A stretch of 64,000 nt of DNA from Phoronis australis. Its lineage: Eukaryota; Animalia; Phoronida. Below are positions 62,658 to 64,000 of this stretch, piece after piece. Location: the NCBI GenBank assembly GCA_002633005.1, contig NMRA01000434.1:262001-326000 (forward strand), written 5' to 3'. Numbering within the stretch: position 1 is the stretch's first letter; each line of letters begins with the position of its first letter. Under the pieces are notes generated by a model. It saw only the letters and a list, made by a program, of their open reading frames with translations. It made no database searches and had not been told where the DNA came from. Position numbers and translations under genes: made by a program.

Positions 62658-63056
62658 ACCAAACATAGGCACCAACACAGAAGAGAACGGTACTAAAAAA
62701 CACTGAAAACATAAAAACACCAACTTAACCGATCGAGAAAAGTATTACTTCTTGTATAATTATTAAGATGAAATAAAAAATTATCTAGTTAATCTAGAAA
62801 AGTGCACACCTCCCTGTCAAAGTTTGTTTTGTTTTGACTATAAAACGCAACAAACCAATGTGTTTGTAGTAGTGAGAGCGCTATTACAGCATCTTAACAC
62901 ATTAAAATATGTAATTCTACTTGTCCGTCATATTGAAGATCGTCGACTATTGTACGACGCTGTCCTCATAAATTTCATATTTACCCTGCTAAGAATCTGA
63001 CTCATTTAGCAATTTATTGTATGCCACTGCATCACACTGTTAAACAAGGTTTACTG

Positions 63057-63343
63057 GCACCAGTTTCTCAAAGAGACTATTGGCTTTTGTCTTTTGACTT
63101 CAACCAAAAGGCAGAAATCTGATTACAAATAGCTAAAAGTTGATTTTTCTGTCTTTTGGGTTTCTCGAAAGATTTTGTGTTCTGTCTAGTTCAGCAAACT
63201 ATGGATTTCATTTTTTTGGCTTGGAGACGTAGACAGATTTTCTTGAGTTTCAGTTTTAGCATGACTTTCATAAAACAGGCAAGCCATAAATTGATTTTCA
63301 GCCGAAAGTCAGACAAAACTCAAACTTTTTGAGAAACCGAGCC
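63057..63343. mobile_element. PIF/Harbinger-like MITE (CTG target duplication)
   Basis: ctg|gcaccagtttctcaaa...tttgagaaaccgagcc|ctg. Confidence 0.5.
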
Positions 63344-64000
63344 CTGGTAATGTCACACAAAAATTTCACATTTTTTCTTTTTTCAGATTCCACATAAATA
63401 AAACACGGAACTGAGAATGCTTTATAATATAAGGGAACAGCAAAATTACATGGTATGAGCTTTTTGAACACTTTATGTATGTGGTAGAAACAGTTTTAGG
63501 CCAGGATAAAGGATTCGCCTAGTCCAGGTAAAGGCCTCTTCATATAATAGACAACTTCTCTAACCACGTCGCTGCATGTGCTTATTTAATTTATCTTCTA
63601 CAGCTCAATGAAAAGTGTATTATGCATTGGGTAAAGTTTATTTCAAGGCCGGGTATCACTCCTTTCTATTTCTGTCAGTATCCCAAGCCAGAAGCGCGAG
63701 TTCATTCGTACTAAGCCACGCAGGCCGCGCAAAGTTCTAATTTCACACCAATTCAATCTCATTACTGAAAGCACTCTTTATGTACATTTGCTTCCTCAAT
63801 TATTCATTTAAATTAATTGGCTTTGCTATGCCATGATTTATGAAAAGCAGTCAAATCTTCCATTCTTAAGCTGTTTGGGGACAGGTTGATGTGCACCAGC
63901 CTAGCTATGCCTGTCTAGATTAGTGTTGCGCTGTATACCAATCACGACATTTGGTAAATGCTGAAATTTGAACTTACTAAGGTTTGTGGCAAGGACAACA

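Overview
Intron-rich, AT-rich eukaryotic (bilaterian invertebrate-like) genomic DNA, not prokaryotic. Reading splice sites by hand gives four protein-coding genes: an Abraxas (FAM175, BRCA1-A/BRISC scaffold) gene on + (12309-24384, 8 exons, about 518 aa, ending in the BRCT-binding S-x-S-P-T-F motif); SLBP (histone mRNA stem-loop binding protein) on - (32464-27200, 7 exons, about 369 aa); a Cdc25 phosphatase on + (33334-46954, 15 exons, about 618 aa), head-to-head with SLBP across an 869-bp E2F/CHR-rich promoter; and the 3' nine coding exons of a FAM184-family coiled-coil gene on - (61223-50136). The rest is non-autonomous DNA transposons/MITEs, a decayed pogo-like element, a truncated LINE, Helentron-like (HINE) repeats carrying CTCF-like motifs, and several tandem repeats. 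The most interesting signals are a compact cell-cycle/DNA-damage gene cluster with a shared SLBP-Cdc25 promoter, a textbook CDE/CHR element inside cdc25 intron 4, the all-phase-2 modular exon structure of SLBP, and a repeat-borne CTCF motif array. Gene identities come from recalled family motifs; no database search was run.
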